From a virus (lineage: Duplodnaviria; Caudoviricetes), in IMG/VR virus record IMGVR_UViG_3300048577_000245, positions 1-35,563 of that record: a DNA stretch of 35,563 nt; one strand, 5' to 3'. The notes under the pieces were generated by a model. That model was not told where the DNA came from. It saw only the letters and a program-made list of their open reading frames with translations, and made no database searches. Made by a program: the position numbers and the translations under genes. Each line of letters starts with the position of its first letter. Position 1 is the first letter of the stretch. Below are positions 17,563 through 26,200 of the stretch, piece after piece.

Positions 17563-17613
17563 GAAGAAAGCGCCCGGCAGCTCAGGCCGCCGGGCAAAAA
17601 GCCCCGAAGGGCC
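17563..17613 (-). terminator. Tandem terminators after the capsid and decoration genes
   Basis: Minus strand GCCC-TTCG-GGGC-TTTTT, then GCCCGGCGG-CCTGAG-CTGCCGGGC-GCTTTCTT. Confidence 0.6.
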
Positions 17614-17632
17614 GGACCACAGGGAAGATCGA

Positions 17633-18046
17633 TCAGCCCTGCGTGAAAGCCGCGCGGCCGTCCACGATGTAGAGCACGGTCAGGCGGCCCACGCCAGCAC
17701 TGGGCACGGCGCCAGTTCCAGTCCAGACCACGCCGATGGTGCTTGGCTCGGCATACTTCTTGCCGGTGGGCACGATGGCCACGGCGCCAGGGGCGGTAAT
17801 GTCCGCAGACTGGGCGGCGTAGGTGGTAGCGGTTGCGGCAACAGCGCCGACCTTGTCACCAATGGAAAACTTGTCGTCCGTGCCGGAGTTGAAGGTCGTG
17901 GTGATCGCCAGGTGGCCGCCGACGACGATGGCGCCAGCAGGCACTTCCACGGCGTCCGCATAGACGCCGCTGGTCACATCGGCAAAGGTGAAGTCGGCAG
18001 TGGCCGCGATGACTTCCTGGCGGCCGGGAATTTTTTTGATGGTCAT
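17633..18046 (-). CDS. Putative capsid decoration/cement protein (137 aa)
   Basis: Beta-rich VPAGAIVVGG...TFNSGT...IGD...G..TVLY pattern, directly after the capsid gene. Confidence 0.65.
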   Translation of the reverse strand: MTIKKIPGRQEVIAATADFTFADVTSGVYADAVEVPAGAIVVGGHLAITTTFNSGTDDKFSIGDKVGAVAATATTYAAQSADITAPGAVAIVPTGKKYAEPSTIGVVWTGTGAVPSAGVGRLTVLYIVDGRAAFTQG

Positions 18047-18113
18047 GATGGAGTTCCTTCAGCATCAGGGGATGGGAAGGACGGAGCCCGCAGGCCCCGC
18101 CCCGGGGCGCTGC

Positions 18114-19214
18114 TTACTGCAGGTAGTGGTCGATCGACAGCAGGCCGAAGTCCTCAATGGACTTGTCGTAGATCGAATAGAACTGGGGCTTGAGCAGGCC
18201 CAGGATCTTGTCGATGTTCAAGCCCACCTGGCTGTCGTACTGGAAGAGCTTTTCCACCCAGTCGCCGGGCCCCAGGTCAGCCATGCCCAGCGCCTGCGCG
18301 CCGCACAACAGCGTGCGCGTGCCGTTCACGGCGCCACCTGCACCCCACTTGGCACCTGATGCCGCGCCCTTGGTCGTGTAGACCAGGCCATGCTCATGCA
18401 GAACGGCACCATCCACCGTCACCGTGGCGCCGGTGAACCATGGCGAGTCGGTGCCCGCCTTGGTCGCCACGGCCACAACCGCGCGCTGGTAGTCCGGATC
18501 CTTCTTGAGCTGGGCCAGGGAACCAGGCGCCAAGAACATGACGAAGTACGGCTTGCCACCGGACATCAGCGGCTTGATGCGATGCTCTTTCGCATAGGCG
18601 ATGGCGTCCACGATCATGCTGTACTTGGGCACGTAGGCGCTGGTGATGTTGCCGGTGTTGGACACGGCCAGCGAAGTGCCATCCCACATCAGCGAGCGCT
18701 TGGCGCTGGGCGCCTTCACATCGGCCGCGAACGCCAGGCTCGGGAACGGCGAGTTGACACGCGGCGAGCCATCGTTGTTGAAGGCATAGCTGATGCCCGA
18801 CATCGTCAGGAAGGCGAGTTGGTCAGCACGGTTGGCCAGCCAGAACGAGAGCTTGTCCTTGCCCTGCTCACGGAAGTTGATCACCGTCTTCTGATCGGCC
18901 ATCTTGCCCTTGTTCTTCACACCATGGCTGATCTGGTCGATCGTGATGATCTGGCTGTGCGACTGCATGGCCTCTTCGTTGCCTTCGCGCTCGTTGTCGC
19001 CAATGACGCCATCGCCGACCAGGTCGGCGACGAGCTGGAAGACGCACTGCTCGCCCTTCTCCGTCTTGGAGAGCTCGGTGATGCGCTGGATGACGTTGTT
19101 TTCACCCTTGCCCATGAAGTTCTTGATGAACATCTGGTCGCGGGCGGCGCTCCAGGTTTCGCGCGCCCAGTTGACCTTCTGAATGGGCGTCAGCCCTGCG
19201 AAGTTGGTTTCCAT
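18114..19214 (-). CDS. Major capsid protein, N4-gp56/DUF4043-like (366 aa)
   Basis: ITELSKTEKGEQCVFQLVADLVGDGVIGDNEREGNEE...IDQISHGV...LCGAQALGMAD; GGAG RBS before METNF. Confidence 0.9.
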   Translation of the reverse strand: METNFAGLTPIQKVNWARETWSAARDQMFIKNFMGKGENNVIQRITELSKTEKGEQCVFQLVADLVGDGVIGDNEREGNEEAMQSHSQIITIDQISHGVKNKGKMADQKTVINFREQGKDKLSFWLANRADQLAFLTMSGISYAFNNDGSPRVNSPFPSLAFAADVKAPSAKRSLMWDGTSLAVSNTGNITSAYVPKYSMIVDAIAYAKEHRIKPLMSGGKPYFVMFLAPGSLAQLKKDPDYQRAVVAVATKAGTDSPWFTGATVTVDGAVLHEHGLVYTTKGAASGAKWGAGGAVNGTRTLLCGAQALGMADLGPGDWVEKLFQYDSQVGLNIDKILGLLKPQFYSIYDKSIEDFGLLSIDHYLQ

Positions 19215-19240
19215 GTCTAACTCCAAAAAGTTCGGTTTCT

Positions 19241-19373
19241 TCTCGGGACATGACGCCGCCCACCTGCGAGAGACATGGCTTCGGCGGCCAAGAGCGCCAG
19301 ACTGCTTTACGCCCGCCCAGGGCGACAACCCGTTGAATCACGGCGAGCAAGGTGGGTGAACCCCTGCTCGCCG
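19241..19373 (-). promoter_or_regulatory. Structured capsid mRNA leader (hairpin plus tandem H-type pseudoknot candidates)
   Basis: Pairings are listed in the findings; non-coding gap of about 170 bp between the scaffold and capsid genes. Confidence 0.5.
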
Positions 19374-19382
19374 CTGCAGCCC

Positions 19383-20375
19383 TCAATCGCCGCGCGCCTT
19401 CTTTCGCTCGGCTTCCGGCAAGGCCATGTACTCCTCGTCGCTGAGCTTGGAGGTGTCGACCACCGGTGGCGTGGCGCGGTTGCCCATTCCGGCCTGCGGC
19501 AGCGGAGGCTGCTGCAGCGAATGGTTGGCACCACGTTCATTGGCCCGCTGGGTACGGATATCACCAGAAGCACCCGTACCCCGTCCATCCCTATACGGGG
19601 ACGGCGCGAATTTCGGTGCAATGGCGAGCGTTGCCTCGCTGATGGCCTGTGCCTTGGGCATGCCACGCTGCATCTTCATGGTGGCCGACGCTTCAATCAG
19701 TTCCAGTGCCTCGGCGCCCTCGGGCGATTCGAGCCAGGGAAACTGCCCCAGCAGTTGCTCGACCGTGGCGGCGGTCTGGTTCTGCGCCTTCTCACTTGCG
19801 CTAGCTTGGAGAAGGCGCGCCAGAGCGGCCTCCTCGATGGCGACATTGATCTGCAGGCGCAGCGCTGCAGCGGCCTTGGTGTCGCCGTCCAGCATGAGCT
19901 GCGCGTACTGCTCTTCGGCCTCCTGGATGCTGAAAGCCTGGTCAGTCGGAAGCACGGCAGGCGCTGCAGCCGCCGGGGCAGCACGCGCCGCCAGTTGGGC
20001 ACGCAGCTCCTCCACCTCGGTCTCCAACGCCTTGCGCCGATCGTTGACCTCGTTGAAGCGTGCACGCGGGATGCCGTTTCCGCCCTTGTCACCGCCGGCG
20101 TCGTCCATGTCGGCAGCACCTGCAGGCACCTCGCCATGGCCGGGCTGCTGCTCACCTGCCGCCACCAACGCGGCCAGCGTCTCGGCGCTCGGGGCATCGG
20201 TGGCATGGTCACCGCGCAGGCGGCGGCGATCTTCCTCGGACTGGGCCATATAGGCATCGTCATCGTCCAGGGTGGCCACGTCCGCATCGACAGTTCCGCC
20301 ACCACCCGTGTCGGCGCCATCGTCGCCCGCGGGAGCCATATATCGGGCCAGCAGTTTTTTAAGCATAGGGTTCAT
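19383..20375 (-). CDS. Capsid scaffolding protein (330 aa)
   Basis: Acidic N-terminus, IPRARFNEVN plus coiled coil, C-terminal KLSDEEYMALPEAERKKARGD; lies between portal and capsid genes. Confidence 0.8.
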   Translation of the reverse strand: MNPMLKKLLARYMAPAGDDGADTGGGGTVDADVATLDDDDAYMAQSEEDRRRLRGDHATDAPSAETLAALVAAGEQQPGHGEVPAGAADMDDAGGDKGGNGIPRARFNEVNDRRKALETEVEELRAQLAARAAPAAAAPAVLPTDQAFSIQEAEEQYAQLMLDGDTKAAAALRLQINVAIEEAALARLLQASASEKAQNQTAATVEQLLGQFPWLESPEGAEALELIEASATMKMQRGMPKAQAISEATLAIAPKFAPSPYRDGRGTGASGDIRTQRANERGANHSLQQPPLPQAGMGNRATPPVVDTSKLSDEEYMALPEAERKKARGD

Positions 20376-20406
20376 GGTGCGTATGTCCTTCAGTGGATTG
20401 CAGGGG

Positions 20407-20583
20407 TCACTTTTTTGCGGGGGTCTGCAGCTTCTGCAGCTCCTCGATCTTTTCCTTGGCCTTGGCGAGGGCTGCCTTCAGGCGCTTGGGGTCCTTGCGG
20501 ATCTCCTCGGCCTCGGCCAGCGTGCGCATGTCGCTCTCGGCCTGCCAGTCCTTGTCCATCGCGATGCCAGATGACTTGGCCAT
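20407..20583 (-). CDS. Small conserved-looking phage protein (58 aa)
   Basis: WQAESDMRTLAEAEEIRKDPKRLKAA; strong RBS GAGGAG. Confidence 0.75.
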   Translation of the reverse strand: MAKSSGIAMDKDWQAESDMRTLAEAEEIRKDPKRLKAALAKAKEKIEELQKLQTPAKK

Positions 20584-20593
20584 ATCGTTCTCC

Positions 20594-22705
20594 TCAGGGT
20601 TGGGTGAATTCACGGACGCCATCGGCGCCAAGGGTTTCGATGCCGGCCTCTTGACCGCGCGCCGGGCTGGCGGGCGTCAGCGGGTCGGTGTTGCGGGGCA
20701 TCTCCAGCGCGGGTACGCCTGCATCCGGCTGCGGAACGATGGGCGCGGCGTCGTGGTCCACCGCCCCTGCCGACCTGAGCAGGCCATCGGCCAGAGTTGC
20801 GGTCTGCGGCGTCTGGGCGATGACCTGGGCGGTCTGGATCGCGCTGTACTGGCTCTTGACCTGCACGTCCGTGGCCTGGACGTCCGCCTTGCGGGCCTGG
20901 GCTTCAAGTAGGCGCACCCGGGCCTGGACCGTAGGGTCTGCTGGCGGCTGGTTGCCCTGCATGCTGGCCAGAATCTCGTGCTTGTCGGCAAGGTTGGAAT
21001 AGCGGATCACCTGCGGGTCGGGGATGCTGATGCCTGCCTTGCGCATCTCCAGTGCCTGCTGGAACTGGCTGTTCTGGAAGGTGACCTGCATCGGCTGCTC
21101 GGTCACCACCACGTCGTAGGTGCCGATGGTCACGTCGTTGAGGTAGCCGCCAGAGATCGGGTCGAACCGGTTGATCTCCAGCGTGTTTTCCACCTGCTTG
21201 CCCGTCAGAGGGTCGGTCTCGGTGATGCGGAAGATGCGGTGGCTGTCGTAGTAGGTCTGGATCAGCTTCAGGATGCGCTTGGCCAGCAGACGGCGCGTGT
21301 AGGCCAGGTTGTCCAAAGGCACGGCCAACTGCTGCTGGCTGGCGAACTGCTTGGCCTGGATGGCGATGCCAGACACCTCGGGGCCCTGCTGCCCGCGCAT
21401 AGCCTCGGGCACGGTCACATCCTTCAGCGCCTTGTCTGCCCGGTCGATGATCCGGTCGACGCCGGTGGGCACCTGGTTGGGCTGGATCTTCTGCGGCGGC
21501 GTGCTGCCCTTCTTGTACTCGACCACCAGGCCCGTGCGGGCCCCCACCTGCTCCAGCTCGTCCATGGTCATATTGGTCAGCGAGTTCTCCTCCACGATCC
21601 AGCCGCTGTTGGCTGCCGTGTTGACCACATGCACGTACTGGCTCACCGCCTTGTTCAAGGCCTCCTGTGGGCCCATGGCGTCATCGACCATGCCGCCCGT
21701 CTTGCCGCGCCGGAAGTAGGCGAAGTACGGCACCACGGTGAAATGCTCGTAGGGGCTGTAACCATCGAACAGTGTGGCCGTCAGCGTGGACACGGTCCAC
21801 TTCACGCGCCGGCGCATGCGCTTGGCTCTCACTGCGCCCTGGGCCAGCGCGTCGGCAATAGAGTCCTGGGCCAGCTCGGCCTCGGCGCGCACATCGCCCG
21901 TGGTGGGCCAGACGATGCAGGGCGTCAGCTCGAAGACAAAGCGCTGGCGGTCAATGATCCGGTAGCGCTGCAGCCCGTCTTCCTTGCGGGCACAGGCATC
22001 GAAAGCGCCGATGTTGTCGCGGCTGGCGAACTTGCTGCGCGTGTCCTCATCGTCCATCTCGCCGAAGTCGGCGCCGGCATCGCTGCTCTCCTCGGCCGCC
22101 TTGCGCGCCTTTTGGCCGTAGAGCTGCGCGATCTCATCCAGCGTCATCCAGCGGGTGATGAGCACATCGCCCCACTTGTCCGGGTCGTAGGCCTTGGCGT
22201 CCGGGTCGGGGATCACATCCATGGGGTCGAGGTCGCTCACCACGATCTCGCCCTGGATGTTGTTGTCGAAGCTCACGCGCACGTCGAAGTAGCCACGCTG
22301 CTGGATCACGCCATCGCTGAACACCTGGGTCTCGTGCCAGTGCAAGTTGCACATATCCACCACCTGCATGGCCACCTTCGAGAGGATCGTCGCCCGGTTC
22401 AGGTCAGCGTCGCCCCCGCGCGGCTTGAAGGCAATGTCCATGCGGTTGTGGATCTGGTAGCCGATGGTCGCGTTGACGCTGGGCTTGATCTCGTTGAACT
22501 CGTAGCAGGGCCGGCGCTCCTGGGCGAGCTGGGCCTTCGCCTCAGGCGTCCATTGCCGGCCGCCCCCCATGTACATGTCCTCGCAGCGTGCGGCATGCGG
22601 CAGATAGTCCAGGTGGCCGCGATCCTTGCCGTACTGGTAGCGAGCCCAGTTCTCACGGGCTGCGCCGTCTGCCAGGCTGGTGGGTGATGTGCTGTTCATG
22701 GTCAT
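20594..22705 (-). CDS. Portal protein (P22/N4-like)
   Basis: GGRQW...RPCYEFNEIKPSVN...QIHNR, DPDA, PQEALNK, SGIAI motifs; ATGA overlap with terL. Confidence 0.9.
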   Translation of the reverse strand: MTMNSTSPTSLADGAARENWARYQYGKDRGHLDYLPHAARCEDMYMGGGRQWTPEAKAQLAQERRPCYEFNEIKPSVNATIGYQIHNRMDIAFKPRGGDADLNRATILSKVAMQVVDMCNLHWHETQVFSDGVIQQRGYFDVRVSFDNNIQGEIVVSDLDPMDVIPDPDAKAYDPDKWGDVLITRWMTLDEIAQLYGQKARKAAEESSDAGADFGEMDDEDTRSKFASRDNIGAFDACARKEDGLQRYRIIDRQRFVFELTPCIVWPTTGDVRAEAELAQDSIADALAQGAVRAKRMRRRVKWTVSTLTATLFDGYSPYEHFTVVPYFAYFRRGKTGGMVDDAMGPQEALNKAVSQYVHVVNTAANSGWIVEENSLTNMTMDELEQVGARTGLVVEYKKGSTPPQKIQPNQVPTGVDRIIDRADKALKDVTVPEAMRGQQGPEVSGIAIQAKQFASQQQLAVPLDNLAYTRRLLAKRILKLIQTYYDSHRIFRITETDPLTGKQVENTLEINRFDPISGGYLNDVTIGTYDVVVTEQPMQVTFQNSQFQQALEMRKAGISIPDPQVIRYSNLADKHEILASMQGNQPPADPTVQARVRLLEAQARKADVQATDVQVKSQYSAIQTAQVIAQTPQTATLADGLLRSAGAVDHDAAPIVPQPDAGVPALEMPRNTDPLTPASPARGQEAGIETLGADGVREFTQP

Positions 22706-24273
22706 GCAGTCGATTGGTCCCACTGGCCGTGACCAGAGCCAGCGAGGCGGTCGCGCCAGCTCTTGGTCCGAGGCTTGGGTTCGGGTTTCGGAAGGTCGGC
22801 CGCGAAGGTCATGGCCACGGAATCGCCCTTGTCCGGGCTGCGACCCAGCACCAGGCGGATATCGTCTTTGCTGCTGATCTGGATCGCGGCGCGGCGCCCC
22901 ATGGTCACCACCTTGTACCGGGGCGCCGTGAGGTCGCCGAGCAGCTCTTGGTCGGGCGGCAGTGCGATGGGATCAGGATTCGTCGGGTCCAACGCCTCGC
23001 GCAGTAACCAGTACATCTCCGCGCGTTTGTTGCGGAAATGGAGCTGCCCGGCCTTGTCCGTCAGGGCGCTGCCCTCGGACCCCACGACGGGGTGCACGTG
23101 CAGACCCAGGCCCTTGATGAAGTCCAGGGCGCTGGAACCGATGCCGATGGAGTCGATGCACACCACAGCGCCGTCGCGGATCAGCGGCACCACGAAGCCG
23201 GCGGCGGTCGGCCCATCCTTGGTGACCACGCCCGGGGCGGTGACAATCCTGTCGAACCACTGGCCGTGCCGGCGCGCGGCCGATGACTTGTCCTGGCCTC
23301 CCCGGGACGGATCGAAGCCCAGGGCGGTCATCGGGCCCTTGGTCTGCTTGTCCTCCCAGCGCGCCTGGGCGGCCTTCACCCAGTCCGTGGGGATCAGCTG
23401 CCACACTGGATCGGTGGTGCCAGCATTGAAGTCGCCGCGCAGCATCTGCGAGCGCAGCGGCTCTGGCAGCGCCTGAAGCGTGGCCTTGTATCCGGTGGTG
23501 GTCAGAAACAGGTTGTCGTCGACGCGCGAGGGAATGAAGGTCCGGCTCTTCGGCGTCATGAGTTCACCGCCCACCATGACCGGGGTCGCATCGTGCACCT
23601 CCTGGTCCTCGCCCTTCTCATTCGTCACATACCAGCGCAGCTCGCCCGGCTTGGCAGGGTTCGGGTGCTGCGGGTCCAGCCAGGCAGCCCAATACCGCTT
23701 TACCCACTCGCCCTCGGCGGTGGTGGGCGGATTGCCTGCGGCCACCACGCGCTGGCGCACCTTGGGGTTGTCGGTTCGCATCCAGCCGATCAGGGTGCGG
23801 AACTGAAGCTCCGTGAAGTGGGTGATTTCGTCGAAGCCCTTGAAGTCGTGCGGCCGCCCCTGGTACTTCATCCAGTCGTCGGGCTTCTGCACGCTACCCA
23901 GCTCCAGCACCTTCTTGCCTGGCAGGCGCCAGAGGTGGTCCTGTCCGTTGTACCCGAGCCGCGACCCGAGGATGGCCGTCATCCGCTCTTCCAGGCCGAT
24001 GAGCTGCACAGCCTCCCGGCGGAAGATGATGCTGTGCTCCTGCTCGGTGAGGCTCAGGCCCAGCAGCAGCTCCGACTTGCCGCCGCCCGCACTCCCACCA
24101 TAGAAGACGATATCGGCCTCGGAATAGTAGGCCGCCGACTGCGGGCCAGCCTGCGGCACCCAGATGGCAGGGCTGGCCAGCATCAGGAAGGAGTCCACCG
24201 CCGCGCGCATCTCGGGTGCCATGCCCTTGAACATGGCCAGGATCTGCTCTGGCGTGGGGGCGGCCAGCTTCAT
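22702..24273 (-). CDS. terL: Terminase large subunit
   Basis: Walker A YGGSAGGGKS, Walker B FDEITHF, GNPP, nuclease GFDPSRGGQD...SPDKGDS. Confidence 0.95.
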   Translation of the reverse strand: MKLAAPTPEQILAMFKGMAPEMRAAVDSFLMLASPAIWVPQAGPQSAAYYSEADIVFYGGSAGGGKSELLLGLSLTEQEHSIIFRREAVQLIGLEERMTAILGSRLGYNGQDHLWRLPGKKVLELGSVQKPDDWMKYQGRPHDFKGFDEITHFTELQFRTLIGWMRTDNPKVRQRVVAAGNPPTTAEGEWVKRYWAAWLDPQHPNPAKPGELRWYVTNEKGEDQEVHDATPVMVGGELMTPKSRTFIPSRVDDNLFLTTTGYKATLQALPEPLRSQMLRGDFNAGTTDPVWQLIPTDWVKAAQARWEDKQTKGPMTALGFDPSRGGQDKSSAARRHGQWFDRIVTAPGVVTKDGPTAAGFVVPLIRDGAVVCIDSIGIGSSALDFIKGLGLHVHPVVGSEGSALTDKAGQLHFRNKRAEMYWLLREALDPTNPDPIALPPDQELLGDLTAPRYKVVTMGRRAAIQISSKDDIRLVLGRSPDKGDSVAMTFAADLPKPEPKPRTKSWRDRLAGSGHGQWDQSTA

Positions 24274-25325
24274 TGCCGTTCACCTCCGCCCGTCAGCTGA
24301 GAGAACATGGCCAACAGCTCCGGATTGCCCTGCAGCACGGCCGACAGGCGCACCGCGCGCTCGGTGTCGGACATCGTGCGCAGTGCCAGCGGGTCGTTGC
24401 GTTGGCCGTTGTCCACCTCGTACAGGCCCAGGTGACGCCACAGCTTCTCAGCGAAGGTGGCCTTGTCGTGCATCAGCACCTCGATGCCGTGCCGGGTCCG
24501 CTTCACGCCGGCATACAGCTGGGCCGCGGCCGGGCTCAGGTAGCGGGTGTCCTTGATGACATCGCGCGACAGGCCATCCCCGCAGCACTCGATGCAGTCA
24601 GGGTTGGGCGGCCGGTGGGGGTTGAAGCCCGTCCCGCCCTCTTCGTCAAATTCCTCGCCATCCTTGGCCGTCCTGCGCCACTGCTCAAAATCGGCGTCGC
24701 GCTGCACCTGGGTGCGCTGGCGTTTGAAGTCGATCCCCCAGCAGTACCGGCAGCAGCCGACCTTTGTCTCGATGAGTTCGCGGGGGTCGGCGAACACGAT
24801 CTGGGCGGCCTGCAGCAGCAATTTGTCCGCCGTGACCTGTGTCCGCTCCTGCATAGCGGCCCTGCCAGCTTGTACCGCTGCCTGCACCTCAACTCTCCCC
24901 AACCAGCGGGCTGCCATCGTCTCAGCCGTGCGGATCGGTGTGCCGGGCACGGCGCGGATGTACGCCTGCGTGCCGTTCAGGTCCACCAGGTACTCGTCCA
25001 CGAAGCGCTGCTGCCGGGCATCCAGTCCTTCGGCCACCACGGGCACAGGGGCAGCTGCAGACGCGCGAGCGGCGCGCACCCTGCCCTTGGGCTCTGGCTT
25101 GACCTTCTCGGGCTTGGCAGGCCGCTCCCAGCCTTCGGCGGTGGCGCGCTTGGCCACCATGGTGTGGGAGACCCCGAAAGTCCGGCCGATCTCCCGGGTG
25201 GACTGGTGGCTCCCACAGTACGCCTTCTTCACCCCCACCCAGTTGATGGTGGACGTGGGCGCGGCCTTACCACCCACAGTTGGGCTGGATGCTGGTTTGG
25301 GGGTCTTGCGGTTGCCGGTTGCCAT
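24270..25325 (-). CDS. terS: Terminase small subunit with N-terminal HTH and Cys-rich insert
   Basis: RQQRFVDEYLVDLNGTQAYIRA; CCRYCWG...PNPDCIECCGDG; ATGA overlap with terL. Confidence 0.88.
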   Translation of the reverse strand: MATGNRKTPKPASSPTVGGKAAPTSTINWVGVKKAYCGSHQSTREIGRTFGVSHTMVAKRATAEGWERPAKPEKVKPEPKGRVRAARASAAAPVPVVAEGLDARQQRFVDEYLVDLNGTQAYIRAVPGTPIRTAETMAARWLGRVEVQAAVQAGRAAMQERTQVTADKLLLQAAQIVFADPRELIETKVGCCRYCWGIDFKRQRTQVQRDADFEQWRRTAKDGEEFDEEGGTGFNPHRPPNPDCIECCGDGLSRDVIKDTRYLSPAAAQLYAGVKRTRHGIEVLMHDKATFAEKLWRHLGLYEVDNGQRNDPLALRTMSDTERAVRLSAVLQGNPELLAMFSQLTGGGERQ

Positions 25326-25334
25326 TTACACCAG

Positions 25335-25375
25335 ATGGTCCGGCGCTCGGCTGGAAAATGGAAACCCCACTGGGG
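25335..25375 (-). promoter_or_regulatory. Candidate late promoter for terS
   Basis: CCCCAGTGGGGTT-N22-GACCAT, 9 nt before the ATG, no SD; same GGGTT-to-hexamer spacing as at 12180-12224. Confidence 0.45.
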
Positions 25376-25416
25376 TGGGAGGCAAAATGGCGCATCACAT
25401 TCAGGAGCCCGCCAAA

Positions 25417-26199
25417 ATGGACTGGAAGACGCTGCTCAATGAGTCTGACTCGTTCAAGAGAGTGATGGACGCCCAAAGCCGAGCCGGCCAGTTACACGAT
25501 TACTTTGGCGTTTCGGGTCCTGAAGAGCTGGAGAGGATCCTGAAACCCGCCAGCCTGATGCCCTATGAGAGCGCGGCCGCCTCAACGGAACGAGAGGCAC
25601 GGCAGACGCTTGAGAATGCGCTCGGCCTAAGTGGACTTGCAACTCACAACGCTCAGACTGCTGCCGATTTCATGCGAATGGAACTCAAGAATGGCATGGA
25701 TGCTGCTGGTCTGACCGACAGCGATCCAGATGCCTTTGCGGAGCGAATCAGAACTGAGTTCGGGAAAGCCTCAGGGTTGCTTGATAGCAAAAACCTAGGC
25801 GATCTGGATGGTTATGCAAGGATCGACTTCGACAAGATTGATCGTCAGACGAAAGAGCAGCACCAACAGCAAATGCTAGAGATGTCGCAGGAACACGCGC
25901 GGCGCATGGTGGATGATGCTGCTGAATTCCGGCGGCGGGAAGATGCCAAGCTCGAATACGCCCGCCGCAGCGCCGACGCGTCGGAGGAAGTGCTTGCGGA
26001 AGAACGCCGCAAGCGAGGCGTGGCCGAACTCACCGCCCAGCAGGCGAAGGTCGACAAGGACAAAGCGGAGGAGCGAGCTGAGCGGGCCGAGCGTAGGGAG
26101 CGGCGCTTGGAACGCCTTGCGGTACTCGGGTTGATCGGCACGGTGGCAGGCTTGGTAATCGCCGCCTGGTCCTTCATCAAGGACGCCATGGGTTGGTAA
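25417..26199 (+). CDS. Coiled-coil protein with C-terminal transmembrane anchor (260 aa), moron
   Basis: RBS CAGGAG before MDWKT; charged helical stretch, then LAVLGLIGTVAGLVIAAWSFI; antisense to the flanking phage genes. Confidence 0.75.
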   Translation: MDWKTLLNESDSFKRVMDAQSRAGQLHDYFGVSGPEELERILKPASLMPYESAAASTEREARQTLENALGLSGLATHNAQTAADFMRMELKNGMDAAGLTDSDPDAFAERIRTEFGKASGLLDSKNLGDLDGYARIDFDKIDRQTKEQHQQQMLEMSQEHARRMVDDAAEFRRREDAKLEYARRSADASEEVLAEERRKRGVAELTAQQAKVDKDKAEERAERAERRERRLERLAVLGLIGTVAGLVIAAWSFIKDAMGW

Positions 26200-26200
26200 G

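Noticed and set aside
20363-20373. GCATAGGGTTC matching the late-promoter motif
   Set aside because: Opposite orientation, lacks CCCC, and is explained by the scaffold start codons (MNPML).
24547-25416. N-terminal half of the 550-aa ORF 24547-26199
   Set aside because: Antisense to terS; the RBS supports a start at 25417.
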